Below, piece by piece: positions 27,396 through 37,245 of a stretch of DNA of 64,000 nucleotides; position 1 is the first letter of the stretch, and each line of letters starts with the position of its first letter. The notes beneath the pieces are model-generated. The model did not search any database. It saw only the letters and a program-made list of their open reading frames with translations, and was not told the DNA's origin. Origin of the DNA: Candidatus Saccharimonadales bacterium (GTDB taxonomy: Bacteria > Patescibacteriota > Saccharimonadia > Saccharimonadales > UBA4665); NCBI GenBank assembly GCA_038239685.1, contig JBBSEN010000004.1, positions 8,657-72,656 on the forward strand, in the 5' to 3' direction. A program made the translations under genes and the position numbers.

Positions 27396-28622
27396 ATGGT
27401 CATTTCAGACGTTGAGCTTACCCGTAATAAGTCCTTTACAACTCTTTCCGCGAAGTGCAAGATCAGAAAAATCGGTTGGGACGAAGTATATTTCAAGGTT
27501 GCTGCCGAACACCAGTCGGATGTCTATGCTGACGCCAGCCCGTTTGCTTCGGCCTTGCTCATCCCCTCCATGCGCCGCGGCGAAGACTTGATTATCAAAG
27601 GCAGCATTTCCCGGCAATTATATGATGGCCTGCAGTCTATCATGGCGGAAGTCCTGGGCTGGGAGATCGGCCTCAAGCCGATTGCTATCAAAGCTGACGC
27701 GCTGGTCAAAGACAGCTACCGGCCGGCCAAGACAGCCACCTTCTTCTCGGGTGGAGTCGATTCCTTCTATACCTACCTCAAGCACACCGCCAAGTCAGCC
27801 ACAGCTGACCGGGTAGACAGCCTGATCTTTGTCAACAACGGCAATGATATTGACCCGCGCAATAAACAGCTGTGGGACAACACCCTTGAGAGCCTGCGCG
27901 AGATTGCCAAGGCCGGCCAGGTTGACCTGGTTGTCGTCGAGAGCAATATCAATTCACTGGAGCTGCTGAACCCTATCGTACCCTGGGATTACATCCACGG
28001 CGGCTGTCTGGCGGCTACCGGCCTGTTCCTACGCGGTGGCTTCCGCCGGATTTATGTGCCTTCTACCCACTCCGTCGCTGAGCAAATTCCTTATGGCTCT
28101 AACCTGGCCTTGGACAATCACTGGAGCACCGAACAGACGGAATTCATACACGATGGCAGCGAGACCACCCGACTGAACAAGGTCGTTAGCCGGATCGCCA
28201 AGTCGCCGATTGCCCTGCGGCATTTGCGAGTCTGCTACATGAACAAAAACGGCGTCTATAACTGCGGCAAATGCGATAAATGCCTGCGCACGATGGTGAA
28301 TCTGTATATTGCTGGCGTGCTCGACAAGTCCCAGACTTTTCCTCACCAGCTGGACCTGCTGCGGATTGCTAGCACACCGACCATCGCCGGCCAGGACCTG
28401 CAGATATTTCACCAGGAAAACCTGGCTGCCCTGCGTGAAACCCATATGGATCCCGGACTGGAAGCGGCCGTGGGCGCCAGCATCGCCTTAACGGTCGGCC
28501 TGAAGCCAGCCACCGTCAGTAAGAAAGTCAGGAATAAAGTCGCCTACCTCGATCACAGCTACTTAAAAGGCTGGCTGTACAGTGGTTATTCGGGCTTATT
28601 CGGCAAGCGGTTCAGCCCATGA
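27396..28622 (+). CDS. Uncharacterised PP-loop (SGGxDS) ATP-pyrophosphatase with a QueC-like Cys cluster, paralogue 1
   Basis: FFSGGVDSFYTYLKH at about residue 107 and LRVCYMNKNGVYNCGKCDKCLRTM. It also has unassigned ~105-aa N-terminal and ~100-aa C-terminal regions. Confidence 0.65.
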   Translation: MVISDVELTRNKSFTTLSAKCKIRKIGWDEVYFKVAAEHQSDVYADASPFASALLIPSMRRGEDLIIKGSISRQLYDGLQSIMAEVLGWEIGLKPIAIKADALVKDSYRPAKTATFFSGGVDSFYTYLKHTAKSATADRVDSLIFVNNGNDIDPRNKQLWDNTLESLREIAKAGQVDLVVVESNINSLELLNPIVPWDYIHGGCLAATGLFLRGGFRRIYVPSTHSVAEQIPYGSNLALDNHWSTEQTEFIHDGSETTRLNKVVSRIAKSPIALRHLRVCYMNKNGVYNCGKCDKCLRTMVNLYIAGVLDKSQTFPHQLDLLRIASTPTIAGQDLQIFHQENLAALRETHMDPGLEAAVGASIALTVGLKPATVSKKVRNKVAYLDHSYLKGWLYSGYSGLFGKRFSP

Positions 28623-29875
28623 TTATTCAGGATGTCCATCTAACGGTGGATCACGAAGCGGCCGTCCTATCCGCCAAGTGCAAGATCAGAAAAATCGGCT
28701 GGGACAGGGTGTATTTGCGGGTCGCTTCCCCAAACAGCGATTATGTCTTTGACGATGCCAGTCCTTTCGCCGCCATGCTGTTGCTGCCGGCCATGAAACA
28801 GGGCGAAGACTTAATTATTAAAGGCAGTATTTCCGAGCAACTGTATAACGGCATGCAGCTCATAATGGATGAAGTTGCCGGCTGGGGCGCCGGCCTGCGG
28901 ACTGTCAGGATTATAGCCGACCAGGTAGTCAAAGACCGGCACCGTCCCAGCCAGACAGCCAGTTTCTTTTCGGGAGGCGTGGATTCTTTCTATACATATT
29001 TAAAGCACAAGCACGACAGCCGTGAAGCCGATCGGGTAGACTGTTTCATCCTGGTGAAGAACTTTGACATTGATATCCAGAACAACGCTCTCTGGGAGAG
29101 CGCTCTCAAGAACGTCCAGGCCGTTGCCGACAAAGAGCATATCGAGCTGGTTGTGGTGGAAACTAATATTCACCAGTTGGTAGAGCCGCTACTGGCTTGG
29201 GATTATGCCCATGGCGGCTGCCTGGCGGCGGTCGGCTTGTTTCTGCGCCGGGCCTTCCGAACGGTTTATATTCCTTCAACGTTTTCCGTCGAAGAACAAA
29301 TCCCCTGGGGCTCGTCGTTAGCGCTAGATAAGCACTGGAGCACCGAATGTACCAGCTTCGTGCATGACGGCAGCGAAGTAACGCGTATCGGTAAGGTCTT
29401 CGCCGAGGTCGCCAAGTCGCCGGTTGCAATGAGCCATCTGCGGGTTTGCTATATGAATAAACGGGGGGCTTACAACTGCGGCAGATGTCCGAAATGCCTG
29501 CGAACCATGATCAGCCTATATGCCGCCGGCGTGTTGGGTAAGGTGGCGACCTTGCCCCACCGGATAGATCCTCAGCACGTGGCTGACATTCCGGCCGCCA
29601 GGAACCAAGGCCGGCAAATACTCGCTGGTGAATACCAGAACCTGGAAGCCTTGCGCCAGCGCCGGCTAAACCCCCGCCTCCAGCAGGCTATTTTGTCGAG
29701 CATCGCCCAGACCAATGCCCGCCAAATCCAACCAGCCTTCAGGCTAAAGTATAAAGTGGCTCGGCTGGCGCAGCGGCTGGTCTATTTCGATCATCTGTAT
29801 TTAAGGGGTTTACTTTACTCGGCGTATAATGGCCTGCTTGGCAAATCGTCCTTCGATTACACTAATTCCCGCTAA
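28619..29875 (+). CDS. Uncharacterised PP-loop (SGGxDS) ATP-pyrophosphatase with a QueC-like Cys cluster, paralogue 2
   Basis: Colinear with paralogue 1 (SAKCKIRKIGWD, GEDLIIKGSIS, FFSGGVDSFYTYLKH, LRVCYMNKRGAYNCGRCPKCLRTM). An ATGA start/stop overlap couples the two genes. Confidence 0.65.
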   Translation: MIIQDVHLTVDHEAAVLSAKCKIRKIGWDRVYLRVASPNSDYVFDDASPFAAMLLLPAMKQGEDLIIKGSISEQLYNGMQLIMDEVAGWGAGLRTVRIIADQVVKDRHRPSQTASFFSGGVDSFYTYLKHKHDSREADRVDCFILVKNFDIDIQNNALWESALKNVQAVADKEHIELVVVETNIHQLVEPLLAWDYAHGGCLAAVGLFLRRAFRTVYIPSTFSVEEQIPWGSSLALDKHWSTECTSFVHDGSEVTRIGKVFAEVAKSPVAMSHLRVCYMNKRGAYNCGRCPKCLRTMISLYAAGVLGKVATLPHRIDPQHVADIPAARNQGRQILAGEYQNLEALRQRRLNPRLQQAILSSIAQTNARQIQPAFRLKYKVARLAQRLVYFDHLYLRGLLYSAYNGLLGKSSFDYTNSR

Positions 29876-31121
29876 TGGCGGTGCGGTAGGCGGCGTAAGC
29901 GGGCTTCGAGCTGCCGTCGTAACGCAGCAAGCCGAAAAAGTTATTAGTATCGCCGGCTGAGGCACCGAGGTCCTGGTAGTTGTACCAAAAGAAACCGCCC
30001 AGCCACGGATCGGTTTTGTACTGTGTAACAGCATCGGTCAGCATGGCGGCCTGCAAGGCTTCGTCGACGTGATCCGGATGAGCGTCATAGTTAAAGTTCG
30101 CGCTGGTCGCCAGCGCGCCTGGCCCGTTCGTCGGCGCGCCGAATTCAGTCGCCCAAACCGGCTTGGCGGCGTCGCCGTAAGCCGTCATGATGGCGCGGAT
30201 ACTGTCGGACACGTCAGCCATGGTTGACCAGCCGCTCCAGCTGGCGACATGCGACGGCGTGGCCGGATAGGCGTAAGGGTGGTAGCCGACGGCGTCAAAG
30301 TAAGCTTTGGCGCCGCTGAGGTACATCGTTCGCAAGAAAGTTTGTTGCGGGAGGCTGAGCGAACTGCCATCCAGCGGGCCCAGTCCGCCGGTTAGTACCA
30401 GGGCGTTCGGATCAACCCGTTTAATAGCCGGATAGCTGGCTTGCAACAGCTGCGTGTAGTCTGACGGGCTTGGGGCTGGCTGCCAGAAGCCTTCTAGGTT
30501 TGGTTCGTTCCATATTTCCCAACTATGGACGCCCAGGGAAGCGTAGCGGCTAGCGGCGGCGGCGGCGAAGGTCGCGAACTGGCCGGGCGAGGCTGGCGCG
30601 CAGCGCTGGCTGGGCGTGCAGGCCGGCAGGCCGGCCCACGCCGGGGTGTAGCCCAAAGTACCTAGTATTTTTAGGCCATGGCTGTTGGCGGCGGCGACAA
30701 TATGGTCCAGCGGACTCCAATCGTACTGCGACGGATTGTCCGGCTGGATACTTGCCCAGGACACATCCACCCGAATCCAGCTGACGCCTAAGCTGGTCAT
30801 GTCGCTCAGTTCGGCATTCAGGCGGGCCGGATTATTCCAGGGTAAGGTCTCGCCCGTGGCCAGCCCGAACGGCTTGGTCAGCTTGACCGGTGCGGGCGGT
30901 GGCGCGGCCGACTTAAAGATGACGGCCGGTTGCTTGGCCTGGGTTCGGACTACCGATATAGGCTTTTTTGGCGCCAGCGCGGCTTTCGGCTCGTGGTGGA
31001 AGACTACTACGAGCGCGATGGCTAGCCCGATAAGGCTTACCAATAAGGCCGGCTGCCACCAGGCTTTCCGGGGTATTCTGCCTTGAATATAATACTTTCT
31101 AACCCTGATATCATCCCTCAA
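29862..31121 (-). CDS. Membrane-anchored clan GH-A glycoside hydrolase (GH5/GH39-like)
   Basis: N-terminal TM, SWEIWNEPN (acid/base Glu in NEP) and VWATEFG (nucleophile Glu). Confidence 0.7.
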   Translation of the reverse strand: MRDDIRVRKYYIQGRIPRKAWWQPALLVSLIGLAIALVVVFHHEPKAALAPKKPISVVRTQAKQPAVIFKSAAPPPAPVKLTKPFGLATGETLPWNNPARLNAELSDMTSLGVSWIRVDVSWASIQPDNPSQYDWSPLDHIVAAANSHGLKILGTLGYTPAWAGLPACTPSQRCAPASPGQFATFAAAAASRYASLGVHSWEIWNEPNLEGFWQPAPSPSDYTQLLQASYPAIKRVDPNALVLTGGLGPLDGSSLSLPQQTFLRTMYLSGAKAYFDAVGYHPYAYPATPSHVASWSGWSTMADVSDSIRAIMTAYGDAAKPVWATEFGAPTNGPGALATSANFNYDAHPDHVDEALQAAMLTDAVTQYKTDPWLGGFFWYNYQDLGASAGDTNNFFGLLRYDGSSKPAYAAYRTAISGN

Positions 31122-31229
31122 ATCCCCCTACCCTAAGAATATTTAAGCATAATAACTGCCAAAAAGCTCGAAAATATCGTATACTACCCCTTTAGATTAA
31201 GGGGTGCGGAGAAAGGTTAAGGCCGGAGC

Positions 31230-32498
31230 TTGAAAGCCACCGCCAGAGCGCTTGCCAGTGAAACCCTGTTTCGCAACTCTTTTTATCTGATATTCACCAC
31301 CGGGACGATGGCTGCCTTTGGTTTTGTATTCTGGGTGATAGTGGCCCGCCTCTACCAGCCGGCCCAACTCGGGGTAGCCTCCACTCTGATATCGTCCATG
31401 AATTTTATCGCTTACTTGAGCCTGCTGGGTTTTAACAGCACTTTCGTGCGTTTCCTGCCCCAGTCACGCAACCGCGACGAGCATATCAATACCGGACTGA
31501 TCCTGGTAACCGGCGCCGCCCTGTTGAGCGGTGGCTTGTTCGCGGTCCTGGCCCCACTCTTTGCGCCCAAGCTCGGCATCTTGCACCAGAGTATCTGGTT
31601 TGAACTAGGTTTCGTAGCGCTGTGCGTCGGCGCGGCGGTCAATCTAGTGACCGACAGCATTTTCGTGGCTTACCGTGCAGCTGGCTACAATCTCCTGGTT
31701 GACGGCTTGCTAGCCAGTAGCATCCAGTTGCTCCTGCCGGCCGTTTTAATCGGCTTGGGCGCCTATGGTATATACGCGGCGCAAGGTTCGGCGGTCTTTG
31801 TCGCCATGCTGGTCAGCCTGCTCTTTTTGATTAAAAAATTCCAGTACCGACCGGCTCTTAAGCTGAACCATCAGGTTTGGCAGGAAGTGAAACAGTATTC
31901 ATTTGGAAATTACGCTGGTAATTTGTTTAATACTCTGCCGAGCATCCTAGTGCCGATTATCGTTCTCAACAAGCTCGGGGCGGCCCCGGCCGGTTACTAT
32001 TACCTGGCCTTTATGATGGCCAATTTGCTGTTCGCGATCGCCTACGGCGTTACCCAGTCGCTCTTCGCCGAAGGCTCGTACGAGGAGCGACAGCTTTGGC
32101 TGTTAGTCAAGCGGGCCGCCGCCCTACTGGCCGTGCTGGTAATTCCGGCCAGCCTGATCCTGGTCGTTGTCGGACCGTTTATCTTAGATGTTTTCGGCCG
32201 AAATTACGGCCTGCACGCCAGACAGGTGTTGTTGGTCCTAGCCGCCGCCGCGCCTTTTACGGCGGCGTGCGCGCTCGGCACCGTCACGCTGCGTATTACC
32301 AAGCACGTCGGCTCCATCCTGCTCATTAACGTGTTCTACGCGTTGATCATTTGCGGCCTGGCCTTCGCCTGGGCGCCAAGGGGATTGGCCTGGGTAGGCG
32401 GCGCCTGGCTGAGCGGCCAGGTTTTGACGGCGGTTATTATTTTTGCGGTCTTGGGCTTTCAGCATCGTCGGCACTGGAACGCTCGTAGGCTTGCTTAA
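31230..32498 (+). CDS. Wzx-like polysaccharide flippase (MOP superfamily)
   Basis: 422 aa with about 12 to 14 TM helices. TTG start. It lies within the glycan cassette. Confidence 0.65.
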   Translation: MKATARALASETLFRNSFYLIFTTGTMAAFGFVFWVIVARLYQPAQLGVASTLISSMNFIAYLSLLGFNSTFVRFLPQSRNRDEHINTGLILVTGAALLSGGLFAVLAPLFAPKLGILHQSIWFELGFVALCVGAAVNLVTDSIFVAYRAAGYNLLVDGLLASSIQLLLPAVLIGLGAYGIYAAQGSAVFVAMLVSLLFLIKKFQYRPALKLNHQVWQEVKQYSFGNYAGNLFNTLPSILVPIIVLNKLGAAPAGYYYLAFMMANLLFAIAYGVTQSLFAEGSYEERQLWLLVKRAAALLAVLVIPASLILVVVGPFILDVFGRNYGLHARQVLLVLAAAAPFTAACALGTVTLRITKHVGSILLINVFYALIICGLAFAWAPRGLAWVGGAWLSGQVLTAVIIFAVLGFQHRRHWNARRLA

Positions 32499-33726
32499 TA
32501 ATCTCGGCCGCTCGGTGCGCCTTGTCAACATAAGCCGGTATAACCGTTTGCAGCTGACGGACGTAAGCCTGACGTTGCTCAACTAGGTGTGCGAACAACC
32601 GGGCCAGCCCATCCGTCGTGACATCTTCCATGTCGATAACCCATTTTTCCAGGCCGAGGTCCTGCATAATGCCGCTGGTTTTATGTTCGTACTCGATAGC
32701 AATTACCGGCACGCCGGCCGACAGGGCAAATATAACCGAATGAAAGCGGGTACCGACCAGATAATCCAAGTCTGTTATGACCAATTTTATGGCGCGATAA
32801 TCTAAGCGTTCCAAGAAGGTTACCTGCTCGTTACCTTTTAACAGCCGGGCCAACCGTTGGCCGACCAGTCGGTCGTCATCATCGTGGTGCTCGGAAGTTA
32901 CCTGGGCGATAACTACGACATTTAAATCGCCGCTACGCGTGATCCGGCTAATGAAGCCGGCCATGGCCTGTTCGTATTCGGCCTGGGCCGCCGGCGGCAG
33001 CCAGGCGCGGACGGTTAGGCCAACAACTTGACTGCCTGTGGTCGGGCCCACCAGCTGGCTGGGCCGGGGCTGACGTGGTGGTTTAAATAGGAACGCACTG
33101 TCCGGGACCTGGGTAATAAGTGGTGCCGTCAAACCTAAGCCGGCTAGCAGCTGGGCGGATCGGGCCTCCCGGACTAGGATTAAATCGACGCGGCGAAGAC
33201 CGGCCACGGCAATGCGTCTTTGGATTTTTTTGGGATACGGGCCGAACGACTGGGCATATAAGTAGACCGGTTTTTTCAGCAGTTTAGCCAGCCATATTTG
33301 ATGGAAGAGTAACAGTAAGATGACGGTACTGCTATGGTCGTCTTTGGCCCGCAGGTAGCCGCCGCCGACACAGACTTGCAGGTCGGCCGCCGCCAGCAGC
33401 CGCAGCGGCTGGCGCCAGGCACGGGGCAACGGCAAAGCCAGCCTGGTCAGGCGCAACGTGATTACCCAGAGCACGGTATAAGCCATCATGCTCCAAGCTA
33501 GCAGCAGTTTGGTCAGCTTATGATTCGATGGCGAAACGGCGCCATACATCAGGGCTTTAACAACCGGTACGCCGTCAAATTTGTAATCAGCCCTGATATT
33601 GTCAACCGACAGTACACTGAGCTCCGGGTGGTGAAATACCCGTTTTAGTTCGCTGATTTGGGCCGATAGTATGGCGGCGTCACCGGCGTTATGGCTGGAA
33701 TAAACGTGCGAGATTAAGATTTTCAC
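32437..33726 (-). CDS. Polysaccharide pyruvyl transferase family protein (CsaB/WcaK-like)
   Basis: MKILISHVYSSHNAGDAAILSAQISEL N-terminus and a C-terminal TRFHSVIFALSAGVP motif, both typical of PS_pyruv_trans. Its 3' end overlaps the convergent flippase by 62 nt. Confidence 0.7.
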   Translation of the reverse strand: MKILISHVYSSHNAGDAAILSAQISELKRVFHHPELSVLSVDNIRADYKFDGVPVVKALMYGAVSPSNHKLTKLLLAWSMMAYTVLWVITLRLTRLALPLPRAWRQPLRLLAAADLQVCVGGGYLRAKDDHSSTVILLLLFHQIWLAKLLKKPVYLYAQSFGPYPKKIQRRIAVAGLRRVDLILVREARSAQLLAGLGLTAPLITQVPDSAFLFKPPRQPRPSQLVGPTTGSQVVGLTVRAWLPPAAQAEYEQAMAGFISRITRSGDLNVVVIAQVTSEHHDDDDRLVGQRLARLLKGNEQVTFLERLDYRAIKLVITDLDYLVGTRFHSVIFALSAGVPVIAIEYEHKTSGIMQDLGLEKWVIDMEDVTTDGLARLFAHLVEQRQAYVRQLQTVIPAYVDKAHRAAEIIKQAYERSSADDAESPRPQK

Positions 33727-36700
33727 CGGTAGATCTCCGTTGCGCCATTGCTATAGAGCAGGTTTTTTTGCTGGTCGAGTAGGGCCGTCGGGTAACTGTA
33801 GGTTATTAGGTCCCCATTGTAGGCGACCGTGGATTGGCGTTTGGTAACATTGGAATAACCCAGGATGACATAGGTGCCCTGCCTGATAAGGCTTGGGAAA
33901 ATATTGTTAGTGGCATCTATATCCGAATAGTTCATCAGTTTATTAAACATATACTGGTCGGCTTGGACCTCCGGGGCCGGCTTGGTATGGCTAGCATGGG
34001 CGGTGCGGTCGAGCCAATCAACACCAGCTATTTCTTGGGCATGGGTATAGTAGATATCATAATAGGTGCCGGAGTTATTTAAATTAAGCTGGGCGGAATA
34101 GCCCCCCAGGGCTTGTGTAATCACACCTGTCGAAGACAGGAAGAACAGTATTGCTAGCAGCACCGGTAGGCCGAGTTTGAGTAGTCGGGTCGGCAGCCAG
34201 GCGAACAGGGCCAGGCTGCCCAGCACGGTAAATACCCCGAGTAGCATCAGCGATTGCTGGAAAGCCCGTAGTAAACCATATTGGACCGACAGTACCGGCA
34301 AGACGACTTGCAGGGCCACGAACACCATGCTGCCAATCGACAAGCTGATAAAGTCATTGTCGAGCAGGCGGCCGTAGCTTGGCCGCGCCAGTACGTAGAT
34401 AAAGCCTGATATGACTAGAATTTGTAATAGTTTGGCAGAACCCTGCCGCATGGCCTGGTTAAAGGCGGCGACGTCCAGTCCCCTGCTTTCCAGGCTCCGG
34501 CCCAGCCGGGTCAAAGGTTGGGTTTTTACCGGGACGAGCTTGACTGGATAATGTTTATAGTCGGCCGCCGGGTAGTAGGCGCCCGGATCCTTGGCCCGGG
34601 TAATGTCGGCGACGCTTTTGACATAGCTATTCAGTTCCTCGGCCGGTGATGCTGATTTCGAAGAAAACAGGTTGTAGCTGGTGTCGTTTGATTTCGGCTC
34701 TTCTTGGCGGAAACTACTGCCGATGGCACTAAAGGTCTGTTTGATGACCAGGCTGGTGTTACTGCCGGTGTGGGTCAGCACTGTCGTCCACCAAAAGCTG
34801 GCAAAAGCCAGGCTGACGACCATCAGCAGGCTGATTCGTTTCAGGTGGGAGGCCCGGACGCGGAGGGTCGCCAGCGGCCGGTTGGCTAGCAGCCGCCGTC
34901 GGCCCAGCCAATCACTGGTTTTCAGCAGGACCGGCCAAGCGACGGCCGCCATAAACAGGATGGCTATGATCGAGTAGGTTGTGGAGTAGTGGGATAGGAC
35001 TAAGCCCAGCCCGAACGCCATGAAGAGGCCTCGGCGCAGTTTAAGGACTAGCTGGTCCTGGAATAGTACATAAAACATCAGCGCCGCGAAGATGAAGGCG
35101 ATCTCCTGGCGGTTCAGAAACGGCAGGTCGGTAAAAAAGGTCGGGAAAGCCATAAAGTAGAGCGTTGCCAAAAAGGCTATTGCGACCGACAGCCATTTGC
35201 GCACTAGTAGGTAAATAATGGCCGGGCAAAACGCGAAGATTACTTGGAAGAGCACCTTATAAACGTAGGGGTCCAAGACTTTCAAAAGGTTGGCGAACAT
35301 CGTCGGCAAAATGGTCAGGCTCAAGCAGGCGTTGTAGGGGTCGCGGAAATCCTGGATTCGCCAAACGCCACTCGTCTTGGCCAGTTGGAAGACATGGTAT
35401 TCCAACTGGATGTCACTACCTGAGGTATACCAGCTGCGCAAGGAGGTCATCAGCAGCAAGGCCAGCGACATCAGGGTAATGGCAGCGGCGACGCTGGTAT
35501 CGCCGAGCCGGCGGCTTTTGGCCAGCAGCAGCCAGCTAAAGCCGGCCATACCGATCAGCATAACCATCGTCCAGGCGTTGGCTCCACCGTTGTTGAGACT
35601 GGTTGCCCCGAGGATACTCAGTACGACAAGGCCGAGTGGCGCGACCGCAACCTGGCGCTCCAGCCGTGTCGGCAGTAATTCTCGGAGCTTGGCGCGCGGG
35701 TTGAGCCGCCAGCCTTTGGCGCGCCACCAAGCTACGATTAGCAATACTGCCAATGAGGCGCTGATTTCCCAAACTAGATAGCTGGCGTCAAGCGGACGGC
35801 TGGTGCCGGCCAATTGCAACAGCGTGTTACCGAGCAAGCCAATTAGCAGCAATTCCAGCAAGCTGAAGCCGATGGCCAGGACCAACTTGCCCCAGGCCGC
35901 CAGCTGGTTAAGGCGCAGGCTGATAACCGTCAGCATGCCAGGTACCAGTGTCAAAAAACTAAAACCGACAGTGTCGGTGAGCACGGCCGGCAAGCCATGC
36001 GCGGCCCGTAAGCCGAGGAATAGTAACCACCAGCCGATCACACCGGTCGCCAAACCGAACCTGGTAATAGCGCGAGCCGGTTTTTGCAGGACCGGGCTCT
36101 CGTAGAGTGCCGTTAGTTGTTCGGCCAGCTGCCGCCAGGAATGTCCGGCCGCCATGTCGCGTCCGGCTTGCGATAACAAGGGGAGCTGCGTTTTCCGCTG
36201 CTCATAAAAGTCATCAATAGCCGTGGCGAAGGAGCTGGGCGATGGTTTTTTGACGAGTATGCCGTTGCCGCCAGCCAGATGTTCGCGGATACCCTGGACG
36301 TCCGAGCCGATAACCGGCAAACCGGCCGCCATGGCCTCCAGTAGGACCAGCGGCATGCCCTCTTTGTCGGACGGCAGGACGAAGACGTCGGCTTGTTCAT
36401 AAGCTCGTAATAACTCATCGCCGGCCAGCGTGCCGTGGAAGGTGATATTTTGCAAGCCGTGTTCCTCGGCGAGGGCCTGTAATTTGGCGCGGTCTTCACC
36501 GTCGCCGATAATAGCCAGCTGCACGTCGGCCGCCGTTTTAGTAAGTGCCTCAATCAGCCGGTCAACCCGTTTTTGGATGCTCAGCCGGCCGACATATAGC
36601 AGCCGCAGCGGCGTGTGCGCTTCCCTGTCTTTGGCGCCGATGTCCAGGAATTTTTGGGCGACGCCGTTGGGCAAGAAACTAACTTTGGCGGCGCTGATGT

Positions 36701-37232
36701 GGTAGCGGTGCTGGATCATGGCGGCCTGTTCCGGTGACAACGCGATAACCTGGTCCGCGCCGCGCATAATGACAGGTTGGACGAAGCGTTTGTAGAGCAC
36801 GAATAAGAAGCCTAAACGCCCGGACGGTTCGGCGTCTAGATGAAAATGAACGACGTAGGGAATGCGCCGCAGCTTGGCTGACAGCCAGACCATTTCCGGC
36901 AGGTAGGCCTGCGATAAGTGGAGATGAAATATAGCCGGCTTTTTGACGCGCAGCAAGCACCACAAGAGAGCTGGCATGAAGGGCGTATGGGCGAATTCAA
37001 AAGTTCGCAAGCGGCTAAGTTTATAGGGAATTTTGTGATCTTCAGCGAACGGGTTGGCGGCGTCAATACTGGATGTGATGACCTCGACCGGCCAGCCGGC
37101 CTCGGCCAGCGCCGAACTTATTTCTTGAGCAACCACTTCCATGCCGCCCAAATGCGGCGGGTAGTAGCCAACGATTTGGATGATAGTCGGTTTAGGTGCG
37201 GCCGTTTCGTCTGGCGGCGCGGGTTTACTCAT
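33723..37232 (-). CDS. Fusion protein (1169 aa): N-terminal GT4 glycosyltransferase plus a large polytopic membrane domain (polymerase/GT-C-like)
   Basis: Residues ~15-385 are GT4 (DKEGMPLVLLEAMAAGLPVIGSDV). Residues ~390-1169 hold many TM helices and a C-terminal soluble part. Confidence 0.75.
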   Translation of the reverse strand: MSKPAPPDETAAPKPTIIQIVGYYPPHLGGMEVVAQEISSALAEAGWPVEVITSSIDAANPFAEDHKIPYKLSRLRTFEFAHTPFMPALLWCLLRVKKPAIFHLHLSQAYLPEMVWLSAKLRRIPYVVHFHLDAEPSGRLGFLFVLYKRFVQPVIMRGADQVIALSPEQAAMIQHRYHISAAKVSFLPNGVAQKFLDIGAKDREAHTPLRLLYVGRLSIQKRVDRLIEALTKTAADVQLAIIGDGEDRAKLQALAEEHGLQNITFHGTLAGDELLRAYEQADVFVLPSDKEGMPLVLLEAMAAGLPVIGSDVQGIREHLAGGNGILVKKPSPSSFATAIDDFYEQRKTQLPLLSQAGRDMAAGHSWRQLAEQLTALYESPVLQKPARAITRFGLATGVIGWWLLFLGLRAAHGLPAVLTDTVGFSFLTLVPGMLTVISLRLNQLAAWGKLVLAIGFSLLELLLIGLLGNTLLQLAGTSRPLDASYLVWEISASLAVLLIVAWWRAKGWRLNPRAKLRELLPTRLERQVAVAPLGLVVLSILGATSLNNGGANAWTMVMLIGMAGFSWLLLAKSRRLGDTSVAAAITLMSLALLLMTSLRSWYTSGSDIQLEYHVFQLAKTSGVWRIQDFRDPYNACLSLTILPTMFANLLKVLDPYVYKVLFQVIFAFCPAIIYLLVRKWLSVAIAFLATLYFMAFPTFFTDLPFLNRQEIAFIFAALMFYVLFQDQLVLKLRRGLFMAFGLGLVLSHYSTTYSIIAILFMAAVAWPVLLKTSDWLGRRRLLANRPLATLRVRASHLKRISLLMVVSLAFASFWWTTVLTHTGSNTSLVIKQTFSAIGSSFRQEEPKSNDTSYNLFSSKSASPAEELNSYVKSVADITRAKDPGAYYPAADYKHYPVKLVPVKTQPLTRLGRSLESRGLDVAAFNQAMRQGSAKLLQILVISGFIYVLARPSYGRLLDNDFISLSIGSMVFVALQVVLPVLSVQYGLLRAFQQSLMLLGVFTVLGSLALFAWLPTRLLKLGLPVLLAILFFLSSTGVITQALGGYSAQLNLNNSGTYYDIYYTHAQEIAGVDWLDRTAHASHTKPAPEVQADQYMFNKLMNYSDIDATNNIFPSLIRQGTYVILGYSNVTKRQSTVAYNGDLITYSYPTALLDQQKNLLYSNGATEIYR

Positions 37233-37245
37233 AGGAAGTCCCTAG

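Noticed and set aside
27104-27496. A 130-aa minus-strand ORF spanning the galE 3' end and the start of PP-loop gene 1
   Set aside because: It overlaps two well-supported plus-strand genes and the intergenic promoter, and has no recognisable motif.
32437-32498. The 62-nt convergent overlap of flippase and pyruvyl-transferase 3' ends (and a 14-nt overlap at 29862-29875) as a possible antisense regulatory arrangement
   Set aside because: The C-terminal tails involved are unconserved and low-complexity. The overlap is more simply explained by late stop codons in GC-rich sequence. It is not worth a separate claim without transcript data.
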